In this document: in pieces, positions 62,807 to 64,000 of the stretch | Layout: each line of letters opens with the position of its first letter | How positions within the stretch are numbered: position 1 is the first letter of the stretch | DNA from: an uncultured bacterium | GTDB taxonomy: Bacteria > CSSED10-310 > CAZUFC01 | DNA length: 64,000 nt | Direction: 5' to 3' | Assembly: GCA_964619725.1 (NCBI GenBank) | Contig: CAZUFC010000018.1 | Span: 397-64,396, forward strand | Translations under genes and position numbers: made by a program | Notes under the pieces: model-generated | Seen by the model: only the letters and a program-made list of their open reading frames with translations | Told to the model about the DNA's origin: nothing | Databases searched by the model: none

Positions 62807-63274
62807 TCAAATGCCGGTAGAGCCGAATCCGTTTTTGCCCCTGTCGCTTCGATCTATTTCATCTGTTTCTTCAACCGCTACACTGTAAACGGGTTGAACA
62901 ACGAGCTGGGCTATTTTCATACCGGGTTTGATTCGAAAAGTATCCTTGCCGTGATTGATCAGGATAACGCCCACTTCGCCGCGGTAGCCTTCGTCAATAG
63001 TGCCGGGAGCGTTCAGCACGGTTACGTTGAAATTGAGGGCGAGACCGCTGCGGGGACGAACCTGGGCTTCTGTATCGTGGGGCAGTTGGATCGCTATCCC
63101 TGTTCTCACCAATCGAGCCTGGCCGGGATCGATAGTCAGCTCTTCGCAGGAAAAAAGGTCCAAACCCGCATCGCCCGGATGCGCCGGACGTGGCAGCATC
63201 GCTCTTTCCCTCAATTTTTTGATCAACAATTTTGGTTTTGGCTGTCGTTTGCGACGATGCTTTTTGGCGTTCAT
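62807..63274 (-). CDS. dut: dUTP diphosphatase
   Basis: [24 protein letters not shown] and RG.NGFGSTG. Confidence 0.97.
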   Translation of the reverse strand: MNAKKHRRKRQPKPKLLIKKLRERAMLPRPAHPGDAGLDLFSCEELTIDPGQARLVRTGIAIQLPHDTEAQVRPRSGLALNFNVTVLNAPGTIDEGYRGEVGVILINHGKDTFRIKPGMKIAQLVVQPVYSVAVEETDEIDRSDRGKNGFGSTGI

Positions 63275-63450
63275 ATTTTAATTCTCCGTTGAGCGACATC
63301 AGGGCTTTCTTTTTTAGGTAATATTGAATGGCATGTCAACCGAACAGCCCCATGCTTTACTTCATTTTTCCTTCTGCGACGGCGTGAATCTTTTTTTCGC
63401 TTCAATTGCTTATATGCTGAGGTAAACCAAACGACGGTCGCTTTGTTTTC

Positions 63451-63479
63451 TTGTGTTCATACTGAACAGTCGTTATAAT
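63451..63479 (+). promoter_or_regulatory. Putative sigma-70 promoter
   Basis: TTGTGT-17-TATAAT upstream of AGGAG and ATG 63535. Confidence 0.45.
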
Positions 63480-63534
63480 GAGCTTCCTGGAATTTTGGTT
63501 TTTGCGGGCGGCGCTCGCAGAAGGAGAGAGACGC

Positions 63535-64000
63535 ATGAGAAAAATAATTCAACTGTTGATAATGTCCGGAGTAATAATTGTATTGGCGGCTCATTCAGCG
63601 AATGGATTCGGCCTGTCACTGGCGGGTAGATACTGGAGCTCGAGTTGGGAAACGGAGAATCTTGTGCTTGAGATACCGGAGGCGTCTTTCGGAGGTTATG
63701 TAGTTCCGAGTTATTACGACACAGTGGACAGCATGGATTCGTCGGGCGTCGGCATGTACGGACTGGGACTCACTTTGCATCTGACGGATGCTTTTTCTTT
63801 TAATACCACGTTTATGACGGGAAATTACGATGTGGAGATCGAATACGAGCAATTCATACCGGCGGAAGAAGTGGGCATTGATTTTGAGACTGAGTTTCGC
63901 ATGGAACAGAGCGTGACCCGGTATGATATTGACCTGGCGTTTCAATACCGGATCAACCGTTATCTGACGGCCATCGTAGGATATAAGTCGCTGACCTATT
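63535..64000 (+). CDS. Partial outer-membrane beta-barrel-like protein (runs off the window)
   Basis: Not in the ORF track. MRKIIQLLIMSGVIIVLAAHSANG signal peptide, amphipathic strands (GLGLTLHL, RYDIDLAFQYRI, LTAIVGYK) and an AGGAG RBS. Confidence 0.75.
   Translation, partial: MRKIIQLLIMSGVIIVLAAHSANGFGLSLAGRYWSSSWETENLVLEIPEASFGGYVVPSYYDTVDSMDSSGVGMYGLGLTLHLTDAFSFNTTFMTGNYDVEIEYEQFIPAEEVGIDFETEFRMEQSVTRYDIDLAFQYRINRYLTAIVGYKSLTY

Noticed and set aside
63616-63945. 109-aa minus-strand ORF
   Set aside because: It is antisense to the better-supported partial beta-barrel gene starting at 63535.

Overview
Bacterial chromosomal window. The Pro/Thr-linker multidomain secreted proteins resemble those of uncultured sediment lineages such as CSSED10-310; this taxonomic guess is inference only. 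The left two-thirds hold large secreted modular proteins (two S8 subtilases, a C13 legumain-like peptidase, a hemopexin-C45 fusion, a LamG/beta-helix/dockerin/cohesin protein, a fibre-like protein). They also hold a convergent CHAT protease / cyclase-STAND-TPR pair, two Thr-type sulfatase-like proteins, asnS, an ISL3 relic and a decayed RelE/ParE-type TA pair. The right third is a minus-strand run of glpA, glpB, an Fe-S/CCG subunit, an alkyl-DHAP-synthase-like FAD fusion, a second Fe-S/CCG subunit, a lipid kinase, MATE and a glycoside hydrolase-like gene, divergent from menA. This run has no glycerol kinase and is the best candidate for an undescribed system: O2-independent, quinone-coupled ether-lipid (alkylglycerol) salvage or synthesis. 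Intergenic DNA is rich in small non-autonomous elements. One 200-bp MITE (TANNTA duplication) cleanly splits a ~1813-aa protease gene, and another element twice sits at the centre of a REP palindrome. A sigma-54-type promoter precedes a structured, gene-less segment (candidate sRNA). No rRNA, tRNA or CRISPR array was recognised.
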